A stretch of DNA of 63,394 bases, filler included, from Octopus bimaculoides (Eukaryota): NCBI RefSeq assembly GCF_001194135.2. It is 12 parts of 9 records of this genome, joined end to end, with 100 filler letters (N's around TTAATTAATTAA, not from the genome) between each part and the next. Parts side by side here need not be neighbours in the genome. Positions count along the whole stretch, not along the records: positions 1 to 12,320 come from NC_068991.1; positions 12,421 to 13,956 come from NW_026421332.1; 10 more parts are not named here. One strand, written 5' to 3'. Position numbers and translations under genes: made by a program. Under the pieces are notes generated by a model. That model was not told the origin of the DNA and did no database searches. It saw nothing but the letters and a program-made list of their open reading frames with translations. Numbering within the stretch: position 1 is the stretch's first letter; every line of letters starts with the position of its first letter. Of the stretch, positions 1 to 12,444 are shown in pieces.

Positions 1-33
<33 letters not shown>

Positions 34-240
34 TTGTGTGTCTGTGTTTGTCCCCCCAACATCGCTTGACAACCGATGCTGGTATGTTTATGTCCCCGTA
101 ACTTAGCGGTTCGGCAGTAGAGACCGATAGAATAAGTACCAGGCTTCTAAAGAATAAGTCCTGGGGTCGATTTGCTCGACTAAAAGGCGGTGCTCCAGCA
201 TGGCCACAGTCAAAAAGACTGAAACAAGTAAAAGAGTAAA

Positions 241-242
<2 letters not shown>
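1..242 (+). mobile_element. SINE family B, internal microsatellite plus 3' half
   Basis: gtctgtgtttgtcccc...cttagcggttcggc...gctccagcatggccacagtc...tgaaacaagtaaaag, repeated many times in this window. Confidence 0.8.
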
Positions 243-277
<35 letters not shown>

Positions 278-1497
278 TAAAACAAACAACAAATGAGTAC
301 ATGCACACACACGCACAGGCAAGTGCACACCCACGTCTACCTGCACACATAGGTGCACATCTGGGCACAGGACACCGCAAACAAAACGTAGACAAGAATA
401 AAAACAACAACCAGAGTACAGAAAACACACAAGCCACACAGAGAACACCTTCCCTCATCAGCTACCCCAACCCCAACACCGGCGTCCCGAAGAGCTGGGC
501 AGGACGCACCGCCAAAACGGCTCCTCCCACGGACCGCAAACCAAATCTGTATACACAAATTAAACCTGCGCCATGGAGGAATGCAGTGGCGGACGAGTAA
601 ATACATGATGACAAAAATATAAACACACTCACAAACTGCGTTTGTATCTCTGCAATTCACACTCACTTCACCTTCTCAATGACGTGTGGTGAACACGATG
701 CTCTCTTTACCACTTTCTGTCTCGCATTGCTATTACTTTCACTACTTCGTCACTGAATTACTATTTTCTCTCCTCTCCTTTCACTTATACTACTCTTTCT
801 CTCACCTACCGTTTCCAAAAGTAGAGAAGGCCACATTTGTTTGTGTAGGCCTAGATATGTAAAAACACAGGATGGTTATGGTTGGAATCGATATTGCTCT
901 GCTGGGGATGACCTGAAGCTTACAGCACCAAGAATAACTACAGTAACACAGAATCAACGAGAGAATTATCTATTCAGTCACCTGCTAGATATGGAAGCCT
1001 ACTCTACCCCAATCACACTCTCCGTAACATCCTGAAAGTGGAAGGACACACTGGATAAAGCATATACTAAATATACAAAAAAAAAAACATGATGGTCACA
1101 GCTGAGACGCCTTTAACCATAGGTTTACTCTGTCATAGTCGCCTAGGGTGGAATAGCAATAGCAACAACTACAACAATATTTCGCTACCATTTTCAACCA
1201 ATGTGAGAATATTTATGTGGTAGCATGTCGTGCTAAAATAGCAGCTAAACCAGTCTTAAATAACATCCTGCCTTCTTAGAAAAGAACTTACCTGGATCTA
1301 AAAGGCAGGATGGTTATACTGGAATACGTTTTATCATAGGTATGTTCAATCAAGTCCGAACTGGGGTTAATTACCTGACTCCAGACAGTGTCAAATACGT
1401 CTGTTTGTATAGGGTTGATCTTAGAGAGTAAATGAGGTAAGAACTACATTCCAATGGGCTAATATTCTCTTATCAAAATTATCAACTTGGAACTTAC

Positions 1498-1664
1498 CAT
1501 TTACACGGAAAAAAAACGGGGTCGTCCCCGCTACCATTCACCAGAGCTACCATTAACCTTTGTCTCCAGCAGCAGCAGCTTATAATATCACCATCACAAC
1601 TTCCACCACCACCACCACTGCCGCCGCTGCCGCCGCCGCCGCCGTAGCTACTATCAGCCGTCAT
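1498..1664 (-). CDS. Candidate first exon of an unidentified minus-strand gene running off the left edge
   Basis: CpG/GGC-repeat-rich patch. Open frame MTADSSYGGGGGSGGSGGGGGSCDGDIISCCCWRQRLMVALVNGSGDDPVFFPCK ends at a consensus donor ATG|GTAAGT (intron starts at 1497). No homology recognised. Confidence 0.35.
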
Positions 1665-2229
1665 TCCGTTTGGAACGCCCAGTTGCGTTGGTCACTGGTC
1701 AGCTAATGACGATAACCTTCAGATAACGCTCCCTCCCAAAGCTATTAGCCGCTGTTCTTCAAAACGATGCGTGAGTGCGCGGAGTCTGCGTACGTGTATG
1801 TGTGCATGTTGCATGTGTCTGTACATGTGTGAGTGTGTTTGCGTATATGTCCGTGTGTGTATGTGCTTGTGTGATTGTGTATTAGCTGCTGTTCTTCAAA
1901 ATGATGCTGTGTGCGAGAAGAGTCCTACTTCTGTGTGTGTGTGTGTGCGTGTGTGTATGTGTGTATTTATTGTGCATTCGGTTTTTCTAGTGACAGGGTT
2001 TGTATTACAATAGTCATACGCAAGCTGACGGCCGGAATGATTTGTGTTGAGATGTTGAGTGAAGATTTATTACGTCTCCGTGTTAGATAGTGGTGTGCTA
2101 TGTGGTGTGGGGCGGGTGAGGAAGTGTGATGGGTGTGGGCAATACGTCAGGCAGGCATAGAGACAAACAGTTATTTAGAGAGATGGATAGACGATGGGAT
2201 AGATAGACAAAAAGACGGACAGGCAGACA

Positions 2230-2253
2230 GACAGACAGATAGATAGATAGATT

Positions 2254-2287
<34 letters not shown>

Positions 2288-2344
2288 CAGATAGATAGAT
2301 AGACAGATAGACAGACATAGCTAGATAGCTAGCTAGTTAGCTGG

Positions 2345-2387
<43 letters not shown>

Positions 2388-2534
2388 TGGATGGATGGAT
2401 GGATGGATGGATGGATGGATGGATGGAAGGGAGGAGGGAAGGAGGGAGGGAAGGATGTGGGAGGGGAAAGAGAGTGAGATGGAGAAACAGACAGACAGAC
2501 TGACAGATAGATATGGAGAGAGATATACACACAC

Positions 2535-2579
<45 letters not shown>

Positions 2580-2650
2580 CATACATACATACATACATAC
2601 ATACATACATGCATACATAATGAGAGAGAGATAGAGAGAGAGAGAGGAGG
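2230..2650. repeat. Compound microsatellite (GATA/GA/GGAT/TACA)
   Basis: Seen directly. Confidence 0.95.
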
Positions 2651-2794
2651 GGTAGAGGTTTTCAAAAGAAAGGACTAAAATAGAGAAGATACTCCGATGG
2701 ACTTGATAAAAATAAAGAGAGACAGTGAGATAATTTCAAACACACACACATACAAGTACGTGCATATGTATGTATGCGTGCACGTGTGTTTGTA

Positions 2795-2853
<59 letters not shown>

Positions 2854-3440
2854 NNNNNNNNNNNNNNNNNNNNNNNNNNNNNNNNNNNNNNNNNNNNNNN
2901 NNNNNNNNNNNNNNNNNNNNNNNNNNNNNNNNNNNNNNNNNNNNNNNNNNNNNNNNNNNNNNNNNNNNNNNNNNNNNNNNNNNNNNNNNNNNNNNNNNNN
3001 NNNNNNNNNNNNNNNNNNNNNNNNNNNNNNNNNNNNNNNNNNNNNNNNNNNNNNNNNNNNNNNNNNNNNNNNNNNNNNNNNNNNNNNNNNNNNNNNNNNN
3101 NNNNNNNNNNNNNNNNNNNNNNNNNNNNNNNNNNNNNNNNNNNNNNNNNNNNNNNNNNNNNNNNNNNNNNNNNNNNNNNNNNNNNNNNNNNNNNNNNNNN
3201 NNNNNNNNNNNNNNNNNNNNNNNNNNNNNNNNNNNNNNNNNNNNNNNNNNNNNNNNNNNNNNNNNNNNNNNNNNNNNNNNNNNNNNNNNNNTTTAATTGA
3301 TTCGCCGTTTCTTTTGCCCAAGAAGTATTTCATAATTACTACCTGCTCTTTGGATTGCAAAAGCATAATATTCGAGAATTGAATTGTCGTAACGGTCACA
3401 GTCCCAAAAGAAGTTAATGTTTTAGTTACAGTTAATATCA

Positions 3441-3834
3441 GGAGGCGCAATGGCCCAGTGGTTAGGGCAACGGACTCGAGGTCATAGGATCGTGGTTTCG
3501 ATTCTCAGACCGGGAGTTGTGAGTGTTTATTGAGCGAAAAAACCTAAAGTTCCACGAGGCTCCAGCAGGGGATGGTGGCGAATCCTGCTGTATTCTTTTA
3601 CCACAACTTTCTCTCACTCTTACTTCCTGTTTCCGTTTGTGCCTGTAATTCAAAGGGTCAGCCTTGTCACACTGTGTCACGCTGAATATCCCCGAGAACT
3701 ACGTTAAGGGTACACGTGTCTGTGGAGTGCTCAGCCACATGCACGTTAATTTCACGAGCAGGCTGTTCCGTTGATCGGATCAACTGGAACCCTTGACGTC
3801 GTAAGCGACGGAGTGCCAACACATAACACACACT
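3441..3834 (+). mobile_element. tRNA-derived SINE, family A, full length
   Basis: Head GGAGGCGCAATGGCCCAGTGGTTAGG (A box) ... GGTTTCGATTC (B box); AC-rich tail; 10-bp TSD GTTAATATCA at 3431-3440 and 3835-3844. Confidence 0.88.
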
Positions 3835-4431
3835 GTTAATATCATTAAAATTATAGGTCAAGTAACATAACCATTTTTTTGCAGAATGCTGAATGTTTCT
3901 CTTCCAAATGTTTGTAAAGCTGGGCTACTCTTGTACTTCTGGGTTCTTCAGGAGGTGTCATCAGTACTTCAGGGTTCTTCAGGAGGTGTCATCAGTACTT
4001 CAGGAGGAATATACTACCTACTCGCAAGTGCTCACTTTTGAGTATTCGGTTGACATATTTAATTTTACATCCGCTATTTACCAGATTCTGTCCCAGCTGA
4101 AACACATGATATTCGAACAATGTCCACAAATATCGTAAGCTTCATTTTTCTTTCTTTCTCCTGAGATAGAGACTGTCAGTAGAAATGTTTCCGTAAGAAG
4201 TTTGCTGTTGATTTCAGGTTCTTGTGTGTGCGTGTATGTATCTTTTATGTTTTGTGATTTACTTCAGTCACTGGATTACAGCTATGATGGGGCAACATCT
4301 TAAAGAGCTTAGTCGAACAAATCGACCCCAGTTATTAAGCGATGGTGGGGGACAAAGACATACAAGAAAAGCACAAACACACACATACGTACGTGTGTGT
4401 TTGTGTATGTGTGTATGTACACACACATATT

Positions 4432-4464
<33 letters not shown>

Positions 4465-6508
4465 GGAGGGAGAGAGAGAGGGAGAGAGAGAGGGAGAGAG
4501 AGAGAGAGAGAAAGAGAGATGTTTATGATATATGTGTTTGTGCGCGCGCGCGCGTACATCTTTCATCTTCTTTTAGTCATTAGAATGCAGCCATGCCGGG
4601 GTTCCGCCTTGAAATATTTAGTCGAGTATCACGACCCGAGTACTTAAATTCTTAATACACACATACNNNNNNNNNNNNNNNNNNNNNNNNNNNNNNNNNN
4701 NNNNNNNNNNNNNNNNNNNNNNNNNNNNNNNNNNNNNNNNNNNNNNNNNNNNNNNNNNNNNNNNNNNNNNNNNNNNNNNNNNNNNNNNNNNNNNNNNNNN
4801 NNNNNNNNNNNNNNNNNNNNNNNNNNNNNNNNNNNNNNNNNNNNNNNNNNNNNNNNNNNNNNNNNNNNNNNNNNNNNNNNNNNNNNNNNNNNNNNNNNNN
4901 NNNNNNNNNNNNNNNNNNNNNNNNNNNNNNNNNNNNNNNNNNNNNNNNNNNNNNNNNNNNNNNNNNNNNNNNNNNNNNNNNNNNNNNNNNNNNNNNNNNN
5001 NNNNNNNNNNNNNNNNNNNNNNNNNNNNNNNNNNNNNNNNNNNNNNNNNNNNNNNNNNNNNNNNNNNNNNNNNNNNNNNNNNNNNNNNNNNNNNNNNNNN
5101 NNNNNNNNNNNNNNNNNNNNNNNNNNNNNNNNNNNNNNNNNNNNNNNNNNNNNNNNNNNNNNNNNNNNNNNNNNNNNNNNNNNNNNNNNNNNNNNNNNNN
5201 NNNNNNNNNNNNNNNNNNNNNNNNNNNNNNNNNNNNNNNNNNNNNNNNNNNNNNNNNNNNNNNNNNNNNNNNNNNNNNNNNNNNNNNNNNNNNNNNNNNN
5301 NNNNNNNNNNNNNNNNNNNNNNNNNNNNNNNNNNNNNNNNNNNNNNNNNNNNNNNNNNNNNNNNNNNNNNNNNNNNNTATATATATATATATATATGCAA
5401 AGCATACATACAAACATACATACATATATGCATGAGTATGTGCATACATGCATGCATTCATCCATATATACAGGCATACGTGCATACATACATATATGCA
5501 TGCATACAAACATACGAACATGCATGCATACATACTTGCACAATACAAACATACATACATACATGCATTCATGCATACATACATACATACATACATACAT
5601 ACATACATACGAACATACATATTGACTTGCATACATGTATGCATACATATATGAATGAAAGTAAGGGAATGTAACAAAGCACCTAAGGAGGAGAGAGTGC
5701 TGTTAGCGGAGTGAGAAGTCTCAAGAACCACTGAAAGAGAGAAAGAATGAGAGTAAAATAAAGAATAAGACATTGAAGATAAAAGAGAATGAAACAGAAA
5801 GAATCGATTTTAATAAAAAAATTTTAAAAAGCCCGCGCAACCACCACCACTACCGTCACAAAAAAACGGAGCAATAGAATTCATATTAACGTTATTAATG
5901 TATTTTTATTTAAGAAATTTTTTAATTAATTTTTACTTCTCCATTTCTACCGTAACCCCCCACCCGCCCGCCATCACCCCGTCTTAACTGTATTTTCATT
6001 TCAAATGTTTTGTTTGTGCATCGTTATTTTTGGACAAATATTTACGAAGGCGATATGCGCTTTCCGAATATTCGAGATGAAATAATGAAGTAATGAGCAA
6101 AATAAAAAAAATAATGGCAATGGAATAATAATAACAACAATAAGATTAAGAAGGAGAAGGAGGATGAGGAGGAGAAGACAAGAAGAAGAAGAAGAAGAAG
6201 AAGAAGAAGAAGAAGAAGAAGAAGAAGAAGAAGAAGGAGAGGGGGTGTTGGTATTGTAGAGGTGGTGGCAGTCGTGGAGGTGGTCATTGTGGTTGTGATA
6301 CTGATGGTGGCAGTGGCGGTTGTAGTCAACGAAAACAAAGATTAAGATGATGAACATGATTGTGATGATGATGATCCCTCCTCCTTCACCTCCTCCTCCT
6401 CCTCGTCGTCATCTTCTTTATTATAACGTCATCGACGCCGCCAATGATGATGCTGATCTGACAATGACGGTGATGACCGTAACGACGTCGATGCGGAAGC
6501 TTCTGCTT

Positions 6509-6543
<35 letters not shown>

Positions 6544-7078
6544 AATGATGGCAGCGATGAAGACAACAGCAATAATAATAATGGCGTTTATATAAAAGAA
6601 ATTATGTCACCAAGCAAACAAACAATCATGAAAAAACTTCTTCAATCTTGAAAATTTTAAATATTTATTTGTATGTTTCTAAATCTTTTTGCAGCCATTT
6701 TATTTTTATTTTTAATTCGATCGAAATTATCTTGTTTTGTGTAATTTGGCTTTTATTTTATTTTTTACGTGGCGATTGGGGTTGGCGATGGAATTCTCCA
6801 GACATACTGGTGAAGTTAAGTTCCTGTGAGTATTTGTCTTTAGATGAGCTGATGATAAATATTTGGTTGTTTGCTTTTGTAAATTTATTTTTGTTTTATT
6901 TTTGTTATTGATGTTGTTGTGTGTTTGCGATTTTTGCCATACGATTCATCAAAAGGCGGTCGACTTACAAATTTCAAATACGTTATCCATCAGCGCAAGA
7001 TTCACTGAATAATGTCTTTTGTGTTCTTCGTCACTCGGTTTACATTTCATCAGACGATCATTTAAGAACAGCAGCAGT

Positions 7079-7109
<31 letters not shown>

Positions 7110-7696
7110 AGAACGCTAACAACCATAGCAGCCACAAAAAAATTATATAAACAGCCAACCAACCAACCAACGAACCAACCAGCCAAATAGACGATGAGAT
7201 TATTAAACAATAAATAAATGAACAGAGGAAATTTCAAAATAAAATAAACATTAAAATAAATATTTAATTGATATCGAACATTCAAATTATATTTTTTTTT
7301 ACTCAGTCATTTGGCACCAGAAAGCTGAAGTTATAAGCCGGCAGAAAACACGTCTGGAAGGCGGTAGCGATTCTCTGTTAATGCTACTTAATGCTTTTGG
7401 TAAAGTATAAAGGTCACCTAATCCCGTTTCAATTCCCATATATAGTTTTCAAGGCATGGTATTTCAAGTGCCGAGAGAGAAGCGAGGTTCATATATCAGT
7501 TATTGTTGGTGACATGCGATGAATTTTGAGAGTATCCATTGCATATCAGTTGTACTTATTGATAAGCTACGTTTTATTTTTTTTATTTAAAATGTCAATA
7601 TTTATAGAGGAGGCATAAACAACGCACATTTTGATATTCCACTTTTTAAAAGTGTTATAACATTAAAATATCACTTGATCACGTGATCGACTAAAC

Positions 7697-7956
7697 CAGT
7701 GGTTTTCAAACGGGCTCCATACGGTCCTTGGGTGTCCACGTAAGATTTTATTGTTACATTGATGTGCTATAGATTACTGATACTTCTACAATACATAAAA
7801 TATTTTTATTTTTTTAATACAATTCCTTATAATATTTAATTATAAGAATACAGTAAGATGATTTTTTTATACACATCGAATGGCTATAAAAGTTCTGTAG
7901 GGTAAAATAGGAATCGACGAGGTCCATAAGTTTTAAAAAATAATTCAGAACCACTA
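7697..7956. mobile_element. hAT (Charlie-type) MITE, 260 bp
   Basis: Imperfect TIRs CAGTGGTTTTCAA / TTCAGAACCACTA; 8-bp TSD GACTAAAC (7689-7696) and GACTAGAC (7957-7964). Confidence 0.7.
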
Positions 7957-8335
7957 GACTAGACAATTAGATGTTATTATGCATCGCTGGTCACAATGCG
8001 CTTCGCAGACTTTTTGTTTTCCAATGTTGCCACTCAGCTGACCAGGCAAGGAGACCGACATCCCCCCACTAATTGAAAGGTTAGTTCGTCGCAGGGTTAT
8101 TTCACATGAGTTTTAGCGAATATTGTGAACAGCGTCAGTAATCGGATATTTATTAATGATTTTTCTCAGGTTGCTATTATTGTTGCTTAATTTCATTTGA
8201 CGTCTGAATAGGGGGTGGGGAGTCTGTGAGCAAAGGCATTTCAAACATTAGGGCAATGATGTAGAATCTATGTCTCGCATCTTAGCGATATGGGTCTTAG
8301 ATGACATGCATGTTAAGCAAATTTTGTCCTGAAGT

Positions 8336-8522
8336 AGGCGTAGGAGTGACTGTGTGGTAAGTAGCTTGCTTACCAACCACATGGTTCCGGGTTCAGTCCC
8401 ACTGCGTGGCAGCTTGGGCAAGTGTCTTCTACTATAGCCTCGGGCCGACCAAAGCCTTGTGAGTGGATTTGGTAGACGGAAACTGAAAGAAGCCCGTCGT
8501 ATATATGTATATATATATATAT
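8336..8522 (+). mobile_element. SINE family B, 5' half (tRNA-like head, CORE-like ccttgggcaagt motif)
   Basis: Near-identical to 45310-45481; runs into (TA)n and a gap. Confidence 0.8.
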
Positions 8523-8921
8523 NNNNNNNNNNNNNNNNNNNNNNNNNNNNNNNNNNNNNNNNNNNNNNNNNNNNNNNNNNNNNNNNNNNNNNNNNNNNNN
8601 NNNNNNNNNNNNNNNNNNNNNNNNNNNNNNNNNNNNNNNNNNNNNNNNNNNNNNNNNNNNNNNNNNNNNNNNNNNNNNNNNNNNNNNNNNNNNNNNNNNN
8701 NNNNNNNNNNNNNNNNNNNNNNNNNNNNNNNNNNNNNNNNNNNNNNNNNNNNNNNNNNNNNNNNNNNNNNNNNNNNNNNNNNNNNNNNNNNNNNNNNNNN
8801 NNNNNNNNNNNNNNNNNNNNNNNNNNNNNNNNNNNNNNNNNNNNNNNNNNNNNNNNNNNNNNNNNNNNNNNNNNNNNNNNNNNNNNNNNNNNNNNNNNNN
8901 NNNNNNNNNNNNNNNNNNNNN

Positions 8922-8980
<59 letters not shown>

Positions 8981-9407
8981 CATCGATTGTAAATACGACA
9001 CGCTGAGGTGGAAATGTATAGTGTTTGACTGTTATATACTGTTGTTTAAAAGTTCCGTTTTGATATAGATAGACGGTGTTGACAAAGGTTTGTACAGTGA
9101 AAGAGCTGAAAGGGAGAGCAGAAACAATACCAGAGTTTGGAGAAACTATAGGGGAGATTGACTGAAAGATAGATGTGGTGATGATGGTGGGGTTGGGGGG
9201 TAATGCGATTCGGTATAAGGGAAGTGAGAGGTAATCCAGTCAAGGGGGGCCTTGAGGACTAGAAAGAGTGGTGAATAGTGGAGAAAGAGAGAGAAAGCGA
9301 TGAAAGCAAGAAGAGAGAACAAGAGAGTAACGAAGGGAAAGAGAGTAAAATATATAGACGTACGATAGATGTATAGGAGTGAATGACAGAAACTTTACCT
9401 GCCAAAA

Positions 9408-9796
9408 TGTTGTTGTTGGCACTCCGTCGCTTACGACGTCGAGGGTTCCAGTTGATCTGATCAACGGAACAGCCTGCTCGTGAAATTAACGTGCAAGTGG
9501 CTGAGCACTCCACAGACACGTGTACCCTTAACGTAGTTCGCGGGGTTATTCAGCGTGACACAGTGTGACAAGGTTGACCCTTTGAATTACAGGTACAACA
9601 GAAACAGGAAGAAAGAGTGAGAGAAAGTTGTGGTGGAAGAGTACAGCAGGGTTCGCCACCATCCTCTGCCGGAGCCTCGTGGAGGTTTTAGGTGTTTTCG
9701 CTCAATAAACACTCACAACACTCGGTCTGGGAATCGAAACCGCAATCCTATGACCGCGAGTCCGCTGCCTTAACCACTGGGCCATTGCTACTCCAC
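9408..9796 (-). mobile_element. SINE family A, full length
   Basis: Reverse complement of the 3441 copy; 12-bp TSD TACCTGCCAAAA at 9396-9407 and 9797-9808. Confidence 0.88.
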
Positions 9797-9989
9797 TACC
9801 TGCCAAAAACAGAAGCTAAATTTAACACACATTCCAACTAATCCATTGTAATAAAGAAAATATGTTTGGTATTGTGGACATGATGGCCCAAGCTGGAATG
9901 GTTATGGAACATGCAGTTGTTTTTTAGAGCTGATCTAAGGATAGAAACCAGTTAGAAGGGTAGAGTCGATGTAGCAGTTATGGAGAAGA

Positions 9990-10231
9990 CACAACCAAAA
10001 ATAAAGGACTGAATGAATGAATGGGTGAATAAAAGAAAGAAAGAAAGAAAGAAAGGAAGGAAGGAAGGAAGAAAGAAAGAAAGAAAGAAGGAAAGAAAGA
10101 AAGAAAAGAAGATAGAAAGAAAGAAAAGAAGATAGAAAGAAAGAAAGAAAGAAAGACACAAACAACAAACAAACAAACAAACAACCAAAGAAAGAAAGAA
10201 ATGAAGAAGTAAAGAAAGAAAGAAAGTAAGT

Positions 10232-10279
<48 letters not shown>

Positions 10280-10310
10280 AAATAAATACTACATGGTTAA
10301 GGGAACGAAC
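9990..10310. repeat. (AAAG)n-rich microsatellite
   Basis: Seen directly. Confidence 0.95.
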
Positions 10311-11778
10311 CGAAAGAAAGAATAGAATAGATTAGAAAGAATGAAAAGCGGGAGACAGTGAAAAGTCGAATAATGATGAGATGAAAGATAAATTGATTAA
10401 CAACCAGATATGTCGATGAGCGAGTGGGAATGAGAGAGGCTGAGAGAGAAGAAGGGAGAAAGTTGGTTTCACAGAGAGCGTTTTAAGATGGGTGTATAAG
10501 TGTGTATATATGTACATGTGTGTGTGTGTGTGTGTATCTGTGTATATGTATGTATGTATGTATGCTTGTATGAATGTATGTTTGTACCTATGCATATATA
10601 CATACTCACACAGAGGCAGATGAGGAAAAGTATGAACGAAACAAACAGAAAATGGGAAATAGTAACAGATAAAGTGTGGTTTTAAACAGATGGTATCGGA
10701 AATATAGAGACAGAAATAAAGAACAACGAAGAGGAAGGTGAGAGGAGAGAGGGGGGAGAAGAAAAATGATGATGATGATGATGAAAGAGAAGAATATAGA
10801 GACACAATTATCAAGAGATATATTTATTTTAATATGAATGTCATGATTTATTTTCTCTTAACTTACCGTTTGCACATCATTTGGTATCATATTTCACTTA
10901 CATNNNNNNNNNNNNNNNNNNNNNNNNNNNNNNNNNNNNNNNNNNNNNNNNNNNNNNNNNNNNNNNNNNNNNNNNNNNNNNNNNNNNNNNNNNNNNNNNN
11001 NNNNNNNNNNNNNNNNNNNNNNNNNNNNNNNNNNNNNNNNNNNNNNNNNNNNNNNNNNNNNNNNNNNNNNNNNNNNNNNNNNNNNNNNNNNNNNNNNNNN
11101 NNNNNNNNNNNNNNNNNNNNNNNNNNNNNNNNNNNNNNNNNNNNNNNNNNNNNNNNNNNNNNNNNNNNNNNNNNNNNNNNNNNNNNNNNNNNNNNNNNNN
11201 NNNNNNNNNNNNNNNNNNNNNNNNNNNNNNNNNNNNNNNNNNNNNNNNNNNNNNNNNNNNNNNNNNNNNNNNNNNNNNNNNNNNNNNNNNNNNNNNNNNN
11301 NNNNNNNNNNNNNNNNNNNNNNNNNNNNNNNNNNNNNNNNNNNNNNNNNNNNNNNNNNNNNNNNNNNNNNNNNNNNNNNNNNNNNNNNNNNNNNNNNNNN
11401 NNNNNNNNNNNNNNNNNNNNNNNNNNNNNNNNNNNNNNNNNNNNNNNNNNNNNNNNNNNNNNNNNNNNNNNNNNNNNNNNNNNNNNNNNNNNNNNNNNNN
11501 NNNNNNNNNNNNNNNNNNNNNNNNNNNNNNNNNNNNNNNNNNNNNNNNNNNNNNNNNNNNNNNNNNNNNNNNNNNNNNNNNNNNNNNNNNNNNNNNNNNN
11601 NNNNNNNNNNNNNNNNNNNNNNNNNNNNNNNNNNNNNNNNNNNNNNNNNNNNNNNNNNNNNNNNNNNNNNNNNNNNNNNNNNNNNNNNNNNNNNNNNNNN
11701 NNNNNNNNNNNNNNNNNNNNNNNNNNNNNNNNNNNNNNNNNNNNNNNNNNNNNNNNNNNNNNNNNNNNNNNNNNNGTG

Positions 11779-11809
<31 letters not shown>

Positions 11810-11991
11810 GTGTGTGTGCGCGGGTGCGTGAGTGTGAAGACGATCCAGTGGGTAGATGTATAAAAAACAGATTGGTAGATAAATAGATGGATAGATAGAT
11901 AGTTATATTAATAGGTTAAATTGACAATGAGAGGATGATGGAGAGCAAGAAAAAGAGGAGTAAGAGAATGCGCGAACTCAGAGAGTTGAGA

Positions 11992-12320
11992 GTTGTTGGC
12001 ACTCCGTCGCTTACGACGACGAGGGTTTCAGTTGATCAGATCAACGGAACAGCCTGCTCGTGAAATTAACGTGCAAGTGGCTGAGCACTCCACAGACACG
12101 TGTACCCTTAACGTAGTTCGCGGGGTTATTCAGCGTCACACAGTGTGACAAGGTTGACCCTTTGAATTACAGGTACAACAGAAACAGGAAGAAAGAGTGA
12201 GAGAAAGTTGTGGTGGAAGAGTACAGCAGGGTTCGCCACCATCCTCTGCCGGAGCCTCGTGGAGGGTTTAGGTGTTTTCGCTCAATAAACAGTCACAACG
12301 CCCGGTCTGGGAATCGAAAC
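11992..12320 (-). mobile_element. SINE family A, 5' end lost in a gap
   Basis: Near-identical to the 9408 copy up to the N run. Confidence 0.85.
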
Positions 12321-12444
12321 NNNNNNNNNNNNNNNNNNNNNNNNNNNNNNNNNNNNNNNNNNNNTTAATTAATTAANNNNNNNNNNNNNNNNNNNNNNNN
12401 NNNNNNNNNNNNNNNNNNNNCAACAACAGTTAATAAATACTCAC

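Noticed and set aside
301-600. 99-aa plus-strand ORF with a complex C-terminal half
   Set aside because: Starts in (CA)-rich sequence with no recognisable motif or splice support; probably a retroelement remnant that I cannot classify.
3935-4010. 31-bp tandem duplication containing CTGATGA/CTGAAGA on the minus strand
   Set aside because: Only about 2.3 units, no spacers (not CRISPR), and no GAAA partner for a ribozyme.
2329-5773. Long ORFs such as MYVC..., YIYI..., HTHT..., and poly-X frames here and throughout the window
   Set aside because: Translations of microsatellites and N gaps with no coding signal.
12365-12376. TTAATTAATTAA islands inside N runs (also about 14001, 17096, 18658, 20661, 23654, 31974, 33945, 45526, 48227, 60109)
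   Set aside because: Identical 12-mer with stops in all six frames, always centred in similar-sized gaps: a scaffolding spacer, not biology.
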